From Bugula neritina (taxonomy: Eukaryota > Animalia > Bryozoa), in NCBI GenBank assembly GCA_964035545.1, contig OZ037772.1, positions 9,479,150-9,543,149 of the forward strand: DNA of 64,000 bases, given 5' to 3'. Position 1 is the stretch's first letter. Each line of letters begins with the position of its first letter. Shown piece after piece: positions 53,101 to 64,000 of this stretch. A program made the position numbers and the translations under genes. The notes beneath the pieces were generated by a model. It was not told where the DNA came from. It did not search any database and saw only the letters and a list, made by a program, of their open reading frames with translations.

Positions 53101-56100
53101 TGAGACTTTGTTCGGACTACGAGATGTTTATATAGAAATTATATAGAATAACCAAAAATTCTTTCTGTAACTTCGATGGACAACAGGCTTACCAATGAAA
53201 ATACACATAATAACACTTTAGAAAACAGGCTTACTAATAATTAAAATACTAATAAAGAGACTTTTGAATTCATGCCTAAATAATAAAATATTTTCATTTT
53301 GTAGCCTCAGTTTATCTATGATACATAGAAATAGGGGGTGTATAGAATGCCCGCAACTTACAGTAAACCGACAGGTGGAACTCCAGCTTGTCTCTACCAG
53401 CCGGGTTTGTAGCTTTACAGGAGTATGTCATGGCATCCTCCAATTGGACATTAGATAGCTCGAGTTCCTGACCTTGATTCAACTCTCGGATGTCTGGGTA
53501 TGGACCATCCAGTAACGGTACACGACCTGCAACAAGAAACAAAGCTAAATAAGACTACGAGTTAACAGTTCAGCTATATCTGATCTTTTCAATATGGTTT
53601 TATGTCTACATCTGATATGTATGAGTATAGAGCTACAAAAACACAAACTGGTGCTGATTTCAAAATTGCCACAAAAAAAGTAATAAATGAATAACGAAAT
53701 TTATTTCTTGATTTAATTACAAAACATAGCAATAGGAGACTCTTGAAAAGATGACATAACCTTTAAATCGGACAACTAAAGCAAGAAAACAATAACTTTA
53801 TAATTTAACAAATGGAAAAGTATTACATGCAAAATCTGTGATGACATATAAAATAATTGTGAAAGTTACTTAAAATAAATTTTTAACAATAAGACTAATA
53901 AAAGTAGCAACAAATTTGTAGACTAAGCACCTTTAAACCAGATGATAGAAGGTTGGGGGATACCGGTGACCATACATGACAGAATAGCTGTCCTGTTCTC
54001 TATCACAGCTATATCAACCTCTACTCCTTCCTTCACGATGCGTGCAGGAACTATAATATACATCATACAGGTAGATATCAATAGACAAACCCTAAAGTAA
54101 AAGATAGATAACTCCTGAATTCATATAAAATCATGCAATTACACTTAATTGAATGACTGAATATAATTTAGCTTTTGCAAATTGCATTTTCTGCCATTTT
54201 GGGACTTTCACCTTACAACTATTTTGTCATAGTAGAAAAAAAAACCATTCAACTGCATTTCAGCTTACATTGTGAGCATACTTATTGATAATACAACATG
54301 GTAAAAAAGAGAGAAATAGCTTGAGCTGGAGCAAAACTAAATGATATTACAAAAAGTCTACACGCTTGAAAAGTTTAAAGAATAAGGCCCAAAAAATTTA
54401 GTTTCTTCAAAATAAACTCACTACCAAAAATCCCTTCAGCTTCTAAATCTGTTGAGTGAAAATATTTTGCTTGCATTCTTCAAAATAATTTATAATTTAA
54501 AGTAATTAAAAAACTTCGAAAAAAAAATTGAAGAGGGTTAATTTACTTTAAAACTATGCCCAGTTTATTCAGCTGATAAGCAAATAAACATCAACATAAG
54601 ACAACATGTGAAGAAACTGATAGTAGAAACAAACCGTGTACTTGAAGGTCGTATGTACGTCTGGCTTCCCCAGCCTCGTTCTCAGCTATACACGTGTACC
54701 GACCCGAATCGGACACTTGAGCTGACTCTATGATGAACTTCTTCTGATTCAGTTGTACTGTGATGTGCGAGAACTCTTCTATTGGTCTTCCATTCTATGA
54801 AATGAGAAGACAACCCAGTATAGCATGAAAAAGGCAGTGCTTTAGAAACAACTACCAGTTAGTATGAGTTTTATAAGTGCTACCGCTTGCTTTTCAAAAC
54901 TAAAAAAAAACTTAATAAAAAGATCGAACAAATCAAATTGATAAAATCAAGCATATGATTCCATGACACAGCACAGTATATCAATATGGCTGTCAGACCT
55001 TGAGGAAGGTCACGCTGGGGTCAGGGATTCCCTGGGCCGGACACTCTATTATAACCGTCTGGTTTTGCCTCACTCTGGGTCTGGAGACGATGTTACTGTC
55101 GTCAATTGTAGGGGGCACTGCAACAATGTAAAATATAGCTTGTAATATTTTAAAAGCGATCAACAGTTTACCAACAACCTTAGTACAACAAACTGTATGT
55201 AAAAACAGTATGTAAACAAGATACACATAATGTATATGCTAAGCACAAAGGCTGCAAGCACATATTGCATTATGAAAAGATCACATGTGCGTGTGAAGAA
55301 GTGTACACATAATTTATATGTGTATTCGTATACCCACACGCACACACACATGCAAAACACAGATAATACAGATAACACAGATACCTAGTACAAACACTGT
55401 ATACAGTATCCTAGCCTGCCCTGCAATGTTCCGAGCCTGGCACGTGTAACTTCCTGTGTCGTCCACACTAATAGCCGGTATAGAGAGCTGTCTGTCCGAA
55501 GATACCAGGCTAACCCCGGGTACAGTCTCCTCGTTTACCTGCAAATAATAGGTTAGGTCTCAGTCTTTACCTCTATATACAGAAATATCAAGTGTTGGAA
55601 TAATAGTCCAGTAAATTAGACAGCACACAAATTACTTTCCTATTGATTAATTAAACCACTTAAAAAAAGTGCTCTACTAAAAATAGCTAGAGTCAAATCA
55701 AAACAAGGGGCTAGTTGTTACTATTAACCAATCAAAGACCATAGACTGTACTTTATATAAAAATGTCAAAATCACAAACTTGCGAGCCTCAGCACGAATC
55801 TACTCATAGCTTTAAAATAGGAATTGCCTGGAATAATAATGCAATGACTAGAGGGTTTTACTTCAGATCCTGAAATCTGATTGGCTGTTCAATTAATACT
55901 AACCGGGAATCCATTTCTGTACCAGCTGATACTGGGGTACGGAGTGCCCATGGCAGGACAGTTGAGTATGAGTTGTCTGCCCTTTATTATTCTGATATTC
56001 CTGTCTATGCTAGCGTCGTCAATGTAGGGAGGAACTGCATAAAGAACAAATGAACAAATAATAAAGTGGGAAATGTAAAACATACAGACAATGCATAAGA

Positions 56101-59100
56101 TGAAAAACCTGCCACAGATAAAAAAGACATAAAGTAGAATATAAGAATAAGGTGATGGAACACTTGCCACAGATAGAGATCATATGAAACACAATCTAAA
56201 ATAATTTGGGAGAAAAGAACTTGAGAGAGCTTAGACGCTAGGGTAACTTTTTATTAAAAAATAGCAGGTAAAGATAACTCTTACCATTACTACATTACCA
56301 AAGACAAATTACTTTAATAAGAATGAAAATATAGATCCCTTATAATCTAAAAGACAGGGCAAACTTGCAACAATCAAAGTCAAACGTGTAAGAAATGTCA
56401 AGGTCATACCGAGCACATCCAGGTCAAAATCTTTATCAGCTGATCCAGCTTCGTTAGTGGCTATACAAGTGTATCTAGCCGTGTGACCAACATTAGCAAT
56501 GAGCAGGGTGAGACCGTACCCATCCGCACTCACTCTATAACACAAACATGAGATCTCAGTCTATAAAGAAGTGAAGGGTTTATACATCCACAGCTTTATA
56601 TGCTTTTAAGACCTTTTCAAAAGACTAGAGATGAAAATACCAGGAGTAAAATATTAATATATAAACTTGTATAATATATATAGATATATATTATATACCA
56701 CCAATCAGACTAGAATATCGCTAAAAGCAGCACTAAGTTTGGGGTGACTGAGTAGAGTATTTGCACAGACATCAATTACACTCGGTAACCTCCAAGTCAG
56801 TGCTGCTTCTAGCAACCTTTCTGTAACTAAACCTAGCTGACAGGCTGTTAGCCTGAGTACCTGAAATTAGAGTCTGTAGAAGAGATGGGTTGTCCGTTGC
56901 TCAGCCACTTTACTCGGGGTTGTGGGATACCCTCAGCATCACAGTGTATCGTTATACTGCTGTTGACAAGGACCTCTAGAGCTGTTACCATATCAGAGTC
57001 TAGTATACTGGGTGGTTCTAAAATAGACATCGCAGAACTATGAGAAAATGTGTGACAGTATATAGATGTGGGGATATACTGATAGAATAGTGTATGTTTA
57101 TTTGACACCCATAACTTCAGTTTAATGAGGAATATAATGCATAGAACAAAGGGAGCCTCGGTGGCCTAGAGGTTAGAGCATTTGCCTAGTGTGCAGGAAG
57201 TTATGGGTTCAAACCCCAGTAAAGGCCATTGGTGATGTTAGGAAGAGCATCCAGTCATAATTGCTCTTGTGTCTCATTTGAATAGGTCCTTAGCGTGATT
57301 TACCAAAAATCCTTTCCATCAGGGGTTTCTCACAGAGACTATAAACTTGCGTTAACCTTTTTATATTGCATATAGCAGTAAAAAGTTGGCCTGTGTGTAT
57401 ACAAACCATAAACAGTGAGACGGTGACGTAACTCCACTCTTCCAGCCTGATTACGAGCTCTACACGCGTAGGTTGCTGTATCGTTGAGGGATGCATTTGC
57501 TATTATCAACCTGCGGCCCGCATTTACTATTCCATAGAAGGGATTTTTTGCTATGTCCATTTCTATGCCATCCTGATAAAAGAAATTTAAAAGATGCCTT
57601 CAATGCAAGATGAATCACCGGTAAGCCTAATATCTTACATATAATAATTCAATATATTTTGTTGTCTTATAAAATATATTGAATTATATAGTTAATGATA
57701 ATATAAAATATGTTATATTTATAATATATTATAGTGTACAATATGAAAAATATTATATTATTATATAGTATAAAATACATTATATAATATAGTATATTAT
57801 AATAGAAACTATATTGCATTATATTATAGTTAATGATAATATAAAATATACCATATTTCATAATATTTTATAGCACATAATATAACACATATTATAATAC
57901 ATAAAATAATTCACTATAATATATAATATAATATATATTATAACGTCAAAGAAATACAACCTTGAGATTGCCTTGAGAAAGCAACTCCTGAGAACACTCA
58001 CCTTGTACCACTTGATCTGAGGAGTTGGCTTCCCCTTGGCGGGACAGTCTATAGCGGTCTGTAGCCCTAGGACCACAGAGCTGTTTGGACTCAGGCCCGT
58101 AGTCGATATTGAGGGTGGTATAAACACGTTGAGGGTAATGTTGACAGACACATCTCCAGCTTTGTTAGTGGCGAGGCAGGTGTAGACTCCCTCGTCGGAC
58201 ACCTGCGTACAGTTAAGCAGACACATTGCATAAAAGACCTGCACCTTATTGAGGCTGGGACTATTAGAATTTATAAAACAGAGAAGAAAACTCCAAATAA
58301 TATTTTGACCTCCATTATTACCTACATATGCAGGGGTGGTGACTATAAACTTTCGTGAGTTTTTTAATACCTAGAAATTGAGTAGGAAAGCAGCCAGGAC
58401 ATTTTAACACAGGCGGAGAAAGAGAAAAAGGAAGAGGTACAACAAGTAAAACTACAATCTTCGATCAGGAAAAGTGAACTCAGTTTTAGTTTTGCAACAA
58501 AACAAATGTATTTACTTTTGTGCTAATGCTCAATAATTTCAGCCTTTTCCTTTATATTATTTCGTTTTACTAAAAATCACATATGCTAGCAATAGATCTA
58601 GCCTTGCAACCCAACATCAGTTACAGTATTACTCTTTTTTTTGCTCTAGTATTACAAAATTACATTTCCATTTTCTCCTAAATCTCTTTTTCACTAGAAT
58701 CAACACACTTTTTTCTCCATAGAAGTATGATTACATAGCCTAAAGACCCCAACCTGTGTGTTATATAGTTTGAGTTGTCTGCCCCTTGCACTGAGTTCTA
58801 TCAAAGATCTGCTGAGGGGGTCTAGCAGCTCCCCGTTCCTCAGCCAGAGGATCTCAGGGTAGGGGTCACCGGCAGCGGCGCAGGTCAAGACAGCAGTTTG
58901 GTTCTGCACCACCGACACATTGGAGGTGGTAGCTGATTGGTCAATACTCGGTGGTGCTGTGGAGTATAATTAATAAGGTTAAAGACATCTAATTAGTATA
59001 TAAACATGCAAGCATAAGTCTCTCTATAGATCTGAACATAATCTATCCCTATGTGTGACTCAACTAAGATGATTCTCCAAAAAAGCATTGCCTGGATAAA

Positions 59101-62100
59101 AATGTATTTTAAGTGTCTTATTATAATTCCCAAATAAGAAAAGCTCTTGATTCATAAGTTGAACACAGTTAATAATACTTCTTTCTGACCACATGATGTG
59201 ACTATGTCATGTAAAATTGTGACGAGTTTTTTCACAACATTATGTTTGAGACTTATCGCATAAAATTGCAATTTTCAAATCTAAATATATATTTTACTAA
59301 ATGAACAATTCATAAAATATAAGTACAACCCCTTGAGGTAGAAAAAGTGTAGAGAGAGCATAACTCCTGGTGTTACTCACTCAGCACGGAGAGATCAAAT
59401 GTCTTCTCCCGAACTCCTGCCTCATTGCGAGCCGAACACACATAGCGCCCTCTGTCAGCGAGATCAGCCAATGGAATCGTTAAAACGGTGCCATCTTCGC
59501 TCAGAGGATATAAATCGGGGTCTGTAAACAAGAAGTAACAAACTGATGATATCAGCAAAAATTTCATGATTTTCGGTTAAAATAGGATCGTTACAACAAA
59601 TAACAACTATTGTGAAAAACAAATATACTACATTAGACAGAGTGGTTACTCACCCACCACCTCTCCACTCCTAGTCCAGGTAATAGAAGGTGTTGGTTTA
59701 CCTACGGCAGGACATTTCAGTCTAATAGTTTTACCTCGAATCACCTCATGTGTAGACACTTCGCTGGAGTTTGAGATTTCAGGGGGAACTGAAACACAGA
59801 GGAGAAAACTCCAGTCAGTAATCATGGCAGTACAGTGTAAGTATTTTAGTAATTACAGTCAATTCCTGTATCAGTTACAGCATAATTGTACTAGTAATTA
59901 CAGTCAATTCCTGTACTTTTAAACAGCACAGATGTATAACTAAGCACAGTCGATACCTGAAGCACTAGAGCAAATTCCTGGAACACTAAAACATAATTAC
60001 AGTCGATTTCCATAGCCTCACAGTATACAGTTAATCAAGTACAGTCAATCCTGGAAATATTGAACTGACAACTCCCAACATACAAAAAGATTACCTAGAT
60101 ACAACCGAGTTTTTACATTACACAAGGAGCTAACTTGGCACACTTCAACTGCTGCAGTATCAAGATTGTGCTAGAACTACTGGACAAACCTGGGTATTTA
60201 CCAGCCTGTCAGCCATTACTGAGTTGCCAAGCAACAGAATGCTTTCTATAGAAAACAATATAACCAGGAAAATCATGTCCGCCACCATTGTAAAAGTGCA
60301 TGCAATTGAATTCATTTCACCAAGTTAACTTAAGCAGACGCAGGAAAAGTCATATTAAAATTTCAAAAAACACCCAAGGCATACCAAGTTCAATTATTAT
60401 AAGAATAACTCATGCCCATAGAAACTTAAAATCTTAACATAGTTCACAATGCTACATCAATCTTGTCACGTGACGTACAGGAAGTATTGGTTGTGGTAAC
60501 CATAGTAACAGTAACTCACTATAGACATTCATCTGGAAGCTTCTTTCAGCAACTCCGACGACGTTCTCAGCTACACACTGGTAGGAACCCTCGCTATCTG
60601 CAGAAGGTTGGGTGAGGTGAAGTCGCCTCCCACTGTCCAAGATCAGGGCTTCTGTTGAAGATTCCAGTAACTACAAGATGCCACAGACCAATGAAAGCAC
60701 AGAAATAGCATACAAAAACCACAAACGTTTATGGTCACTATCCGTGCGAGAAATCCCTGATGGAAGGGTTTTTTCTATCGGGTTAAGGACTTGTTCGTAT
60801 GTGGTACAGGAGCAGTTATGATTGGATGATCTTCCTGACATAACTGTAGGTGATAGAACTCAAACCACTGACGTCGTGTTTACTAAGTTGGCACTCTAAC
60901 CACTAAACCATTGCTACTCTCTCACAGAAATAGCATATCAGCTGTTTTAAAAATCTAACAAAAATTATTAAAGTAGTTTAATTTTCCATGATTGCAGTTT
61001 TTAAATGTATGCAGATTAATTTTTTCCTCATATAGGTTTTGTGAGAATGGAAATTGGAGTTGTCTTCATATCTAGATACAATTTCGTTAAAAAAAATTGA
61101 AAATTTCCATCAAAATCACAGGATTACATGTAAAACACAAATTCAATTATCCATAAGAACGCCACAGACTACTGAAGCTATATGCAATACTAACCAAGCC
61201 ATCTTTATACCAGGAGATGTGGGGAGTCGGCTTCCCTTCTGCATGACACTCAATGTAGATATTCCGGCTTAGAACCGTGGTGAGGTTACTTTCAGAGCTC
61301 AATGGCGGCTCTTTGATACTAGGAGGTACTACGAACAAAGAGATCAAGGTGATAAATTAGTTGCATACCTAGACTTATGACATGCAGTTCCAAGAAGTTA
61401 TTTGGCCTAAAAAATAAGTTTTTATCCTTTTATTCTCCTGGGAGTCTAAATAACTAATGTAATAACTTTTAGTTCCCACAGAACAACAAAACCACCTCTG
61501 ATCTGACCCTTACAAATCAAGTTTGTAGAAACTTGAGTTAAGCAAACATACATATAAATAAACCAAACAAATATGAGTAAGGATTTGTAGACTGCCGCTG
61601 TCCAATCACAGCAAAGCATACATAATATGTGATATCTTTGAACCAATCACAGCCGAGCACACAAAACGTGTGCTATCAAACTACCTTGTACTGTGACATC
61701 AGTAATTCTCTCATCTTCTCCAGCTGTATTCTCTGCCACACATTTATACCTCCCTTCATCCAAGAGCTGAACGCCGGCAATAGTCAACATCTGATCATTC
61801 TATAAAATATTACAACAAGTATCCATTAATGCTGCATAATAACTATGAAATAATGAGATTCTAAAAATTAAAAAGAAAATTTTTTCAAAAATCATGAAGT
61901 ATGTTTGTTTTAACCTTTTCCAAGGTCATCCTGTCCATGTTCAGCACAAATTCCTCGCCATCTTTATACCACGTAATGTCAGGGGGAGGGATAGCCTGTA
62001 CGGAACATTCTAGAATCAGGGTTGAGTTGACTAGCACAGTGACATCTGTTTCCTGTACGGTGCCGGAAGTGCCAAAAGATGGTGGAACTGTGGGAGTAAC

Positions 62101-64000
62101 AACACATATTACAGATACATGTGTAGAACATGATAGGAAGTCATTAAATATAACATCTTTTCTGTAAAAACTTCCGTCCCCACCGGGTATCAAACTGCAA
62201 ACTTCTAACTGGAATGATTCTATAAGCAGCTCCGAGTTGAGGGTGAATGAGTGTAGTAGTTTTCAATTCTCGGGTTTCGAGTTGGGAACCATGACTCCAA
62301 ACTAGTCACCTCATGTAAACAGTTTCAATACCAAAGTCTAACACAATGTGGTCTTAAATCTTCTTTAATTAAATATGTTTCAAGTTGAAGAAAGTAACAG
62401 TTTAGAATAATACAAACCATAGACTGAGAACTCTATGTCTAGCGACACATCTCCAGCGTCATTTACGGCTCTACAAGTGTACCGCCCACTATCAGACACC
62501 TAAAACACGCATCAGAACTCACGCAATAATCTCTGAAGCAAAATGCACCAGAAATTTTGTATAAAAATTATAGAAATTACGTTGAACTGCGGCCAAATTA
62601 GTGAATGTTATAATTAAAATATCGTCTGTTAAAGAGAAAATTGGTGTCAAACACTGCTTGTGGTTCAATTAAAAGAATTTCCGGTTAAATAATTGATAAA
62701 AAACTCTAATGAGTATGAAAAAGCTAAAATGTCATGGATAAAAATATATTTCAGCAGAAGTGAGAGGTTACAGGCGAACTCAAGTCTGTGCAAATAAAAC
62801 TTATCAAAAAATATCAAGAATCAAGAAGCAAGTCAGAAACCTGTGCAATAGGGATATCCAGAGATCCGTCATCATTCAAAATGATGCCGAGCTCATTTCC
62901 TGTCAGCACGGCGCCATCTTTAGACCAGATTATACGAGGCGGTGGGGAGCCTTGTGCAGGACATAGGAGTTTAGCCCCAAACCCTTGAATCACGTTGATA
63001 TCCTTGGGGTTGAAATTGAAATCGGTTGGCCATTTTGGAGGCTCTACAAGTAAATTTTTTCATGAAATATGAGAAGACAACTTTAGCATCTTTAAAATAA
63101 TGTTCTATAAAATACAGTAAACTGTGTATCTATCAAATATAGTAATACAGAGTTCTGAATTTCTCAACATGTTTTCATGTCTCTGATTTGAAAAGAAATC
63201 AATGAATCAAGGATATTGAGTCGAGTAGGAAGGTACCTACCAAAAACATTTAACTGGATACTCTTTTGTGAAAATCCCGCCTCATTTCTGGCCACACAGG
63301 AGTAGAGTCCTTCGTCAGAGATCTGTGCAGACGACAGTCTCAGAGATCCATCTGCTAGAATGGTGAGACCTTGCGCAAAATCCTCAGTGGTGAGGAAATT
63401 CCCTACAGCAAGCAATATCATAGCTTTATACTACACAATGTCATAATTCAGAGGTGTAAGTACAATATCTCAGCTCTTTGGAATGTATGTACAACACCTG
63501 AGCGCTAATATGCAAGTACAATATCATATCACAGATACACATGATTGTATTCATATAAAAAGTGTGTATACACATGACATACACAGACACACTGCTTTGA
63601 AACAAAACTTGACAATGCTACAAATAGTATAACAATAATTTTACAGATAGGTGCAGTAATGGAGAAATTGAGAAAAGGCAGTGTTCTACAATAAAAATGT
63701 AGCAAAAGAAGTTCTTACAAAAATTTCAACTCATTTTAAATTTCAACAATTTGTTTAAAGAAAACTAAAGAATTCAAGGTAGAACAATTTCTATCCTTTA
63801 GTCATTCTGTCCGATCTGCTGCCACACATTTCAGAGTTAGCTGACGAGTTTATCCTTGTTGAGTCACATGACTGATGAGAGGTTACTTAGAACTCACCAT
63901 TCTTCTGCCACTTGATGACAGGTGTCGGTTTGCCAGCCGCCTGACACACGAGTGTCACTGGATCTCCACTGACCACCGTGTAGAGTGACAAGCCAAACTC
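26747..64000 (-). CDS. HMCN1: Hemicentin-1-like extracellular matrix protein (3' portion, 60 exons in window; 5' end outside)
   Basis: Domain order Ig(n)-TSP1(6)-G2 nidogen-cbEGF(8)-fibulin C-terminus is diagnostic of hemicentin. All exons join with GT-AG and compatible phases; stop TAA at 26747-26749 after YISVSEFPF. Confidence 0.95.
28283..29045. repeat. Near-perfect 23-bp minisatellite (ATAACTAGTAACTAGTAGAAGGT), about 33 copies
   Basis: Period 23 seen directly; ends a few nt from the donor of exon 29051-29165. Confidence 0.95.
29284..29513 (+). mobile_element. tRNA-derived SINE, family 1
   Basis: A and B boxes, conserved core and tail; short internal duplication of AGGGGTTAGAGC. Confidence 0.85.
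29589..33534 (-). CDS. HMCN1: Hemicentin calcium-binding EGF exons (8 repeats)
   Basis: Exons 33415-33534, 32848-32982, 32321-32429, 31814-31947, 31031-31171, 30615-30743, 30376-30495, 29589-29712, each with a DxDEC/DxNEC..C.N..G.Y.C type consensus. Confidence 0.92.
29713..30000. repeat. 17-bp minisatellite (CTAAATATAGAACAGGG) containing the splice acceptor
   Basis: About 16 copies; on the minus strand the unit reads CCCTGTTCTATATTTAG and the last copy is the acceptor of exon 29589-29712. Confidence 0.9.
31316..31787. repeat. 13-bp AT-rich minisatellite (TATATACAGATAT) plus (GT)n
   Basis: Seen directly, near the donor at 31813. Confidence 0.9.
33809..36111 (-). CDS. HMCN1: Hemicentin G2 nidogen (G2F) domain exons
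   Basis: Exons 35953-36111, 35304-35441, 34906-35061, 34375-34544, 33809-33908 ([17 protein letters not shown]; VEFPTGE; [12 protein letters not shown]; [11 protein letters not shown]). Confidence 0.92.
35838..35963 (-). repeat. 21-bp minisatellite spanning an exon-intron junction (6 copies)
   Basis: Minus-strand unit TCCCAGCATAG|GTGAGTCATA, which translates as PSIGESY repeats. Confidence 0.9.
36934..42400 (-). CDS. HMCN1: Hemicentin thrombospondin type 1 repeat exons (6)
   Basis: Phase 1-1 exons 42230-42400, 41754-41924, 41259-41429, 40824-40994, 37709-37879 (171 nt each) and 36934-37095, with WxxWxxWxxCSxxCG and RxRxC motifs. Confidence 0.95.
37412..37580. mobile_element. Degenerate copy of the Tc1/mariner-like MITE at 43814-44026
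   Basis: Shared blocks CACTAAG, CTCAATT.GTGACATAGTA, TTAAATTTG.CCATTTTG and GTGAGAAATGGA. Confidence 0.55.
38095..38180 (+). mobile_element. 5'-truncated SINE family 1 fragment
   Basis: GTCCTTAGCCTGATTTAACAAAAAC...GTGACTATAAACTTGCGT matches the 3' half of the family. Confidence 0.75.
39343..39560 (+). mobile_element. tRNA-derived SINE, family 1, with TSD
   Basis: Full-length; flanked by TATATGTCTCTGTTAG (39322-39337) and TATATGTTTCTGTTAG (39561-39576). Confidence 0.9.
42745..64000 (-). CDS. HMCN1: Hemicentin tandem I-set Ig domain exons (about 20 domains, 38 exons)
   Basis: Exons 63898-64000, 63241-63402, 62841-63043, 62418-62499, 61915-62087, 61685-61799, 61195-61328, 60520-60670, 59654-59788, 59381-59521, 58754-58956, 58002-58202, 57407-57572, 56861-57017, 56410-56534, 55904-56034, 55385-55538, 54999-55117, 54635-54794, 53931-54050, 53362-53526, 52694-52856, 52345-52469, 51822-51981, 51068-51192, 50557-50704, 49841-49960, 49216-49364, 48618-48740, 47909-48098, 47379-47461, 46539-46726, 46049-46130, 45586-45718, 44709-44895, 44096-44227, 43616-43751, 42745-42972. 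Motifs VPP.I, C.A.G.P.P.I.W.KDG and D.G.Y.C.A.N.AG. Confidence 0.93.
43814..44026. mobile_element. Tc1/mariner(pogo)-type MITE
   Basis: TA|CAGTGCTC...GAGCACTG|TA: TA target duplication and inverted termini extending imperfectly to about 25 bp; second copy at about 37412. Confidence 0.75.
44580..44695. repeat. (ACAG)n-like microsatellite
   Basis: Seen directly, next to the donor at 44708. Confidence 0.85.
44973..45184 (+). mobile_element. tRNA-derived SINE, family 1, with TSD
   Basis: Full core; flanks TACAGGGACAAGG and TACAGGACAAGG. Confidence 0.88.
45740..45970. repeat. 33-bp minisatellite with internal palindrome TAGTAATATATATTACTA (about 7 copies)
   Basis: Period 33 seen directly; starts about 20 nt from the acceptor at 45719. 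Confidence 0.92.
49989..50106. repeat. 30-bp minisatellite (4 copies)
   Basis: GAGTATGAATAGGAGTTGTA(C/T)TCCCACTGA near the acceptor at 49961. Confidence 0.9.
52105..52335. repeat. 26-bp minisatellite (CTGTCACTCTACACTTCTGTCACCCC)
   Basis: About 8 copies, most perfect nearest the donor at 52344. Confidence 0.9.
56720..56813. repeat. Imperfect inverted repeat / hairpin (about 35-bp arms)
   Basis: GCTAAAAGCAGCACTAAGTTTGGGGTGACTGAGT pairs with ACTCGGTAACCTCCAAGTCAGTGCTGCTTCTAGC. Confidence 0.7.
57151..57360 (+). mobile_element. tRNA-derived SINE, family 1
   Basis: GTGGCCTAGAGG A box, GGTTCAAACCC B box, conserved core and tail. Confidence 0.88.
60713..60922 (-). mobile_element. tRNA-derived SINE, family 1, with perfect 15-bp TSD
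   Basis: Diverged reverse copy flanked by CACAGAAATAGCATA at 60698-60712 and 60923-60937. Confidence 0.88.

Noticed and set aside
57151-57225. tRNA gene
   Set aside because: A and B boxes are present, but it continues into a repeated SINE body and has no convincing cloverleaf; same for the other copies.
57660-57945. Y/I/N-rich ORFs in AT-rich tract (also about 48100-48420)
   Set aside because: Low-complexity AT-rich intron sequence.

Overview
AT-rich, intron-containing invertebrate (metazoan) genomic DNA with two parts, both on the minus strand. (1) 26747-64000: the 3' part of a hemicentin gene. I could chain 60 exons with GT-AG junctions and matching phases, encoding about 20 I-set Ig domains, 6 TSP1 repeats, a nidogen G2 domain, 8 calcium-binding EGF repeats and a fibulin-type C-terminus; the 5' end lies beyond the window. 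Its introns carry tRNA-derived SINEs, MITEs and many minisatellites that abut or contain splice sites. One TSP1 exon has an in-frame Ser/Thr-rich extension. (2) 1-25800: a head-to-tail array of seven paralogous multi-exon zinc-finger genes (short MADxMS first exon, acidic exon, long Ser/Thr/Gln-rich exon, terminal C2H2+C2HC exon), with chimeras, one probable pseudogene and decayed relics in the spacers. Six of the seven share a TAA that truncates an ancestral third finger and leaves an invariant C-terminal RYKPY, which resembles the Groucho/TLE WRPW/FKPY motif. One paralogue has two CtBP-type PLDLS motifs, and the recognition-helix residues are highly variable. The inference is a rapidly evolving, lineage-specific repressor family. 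Coordinates were read by eye and no database searches were run.
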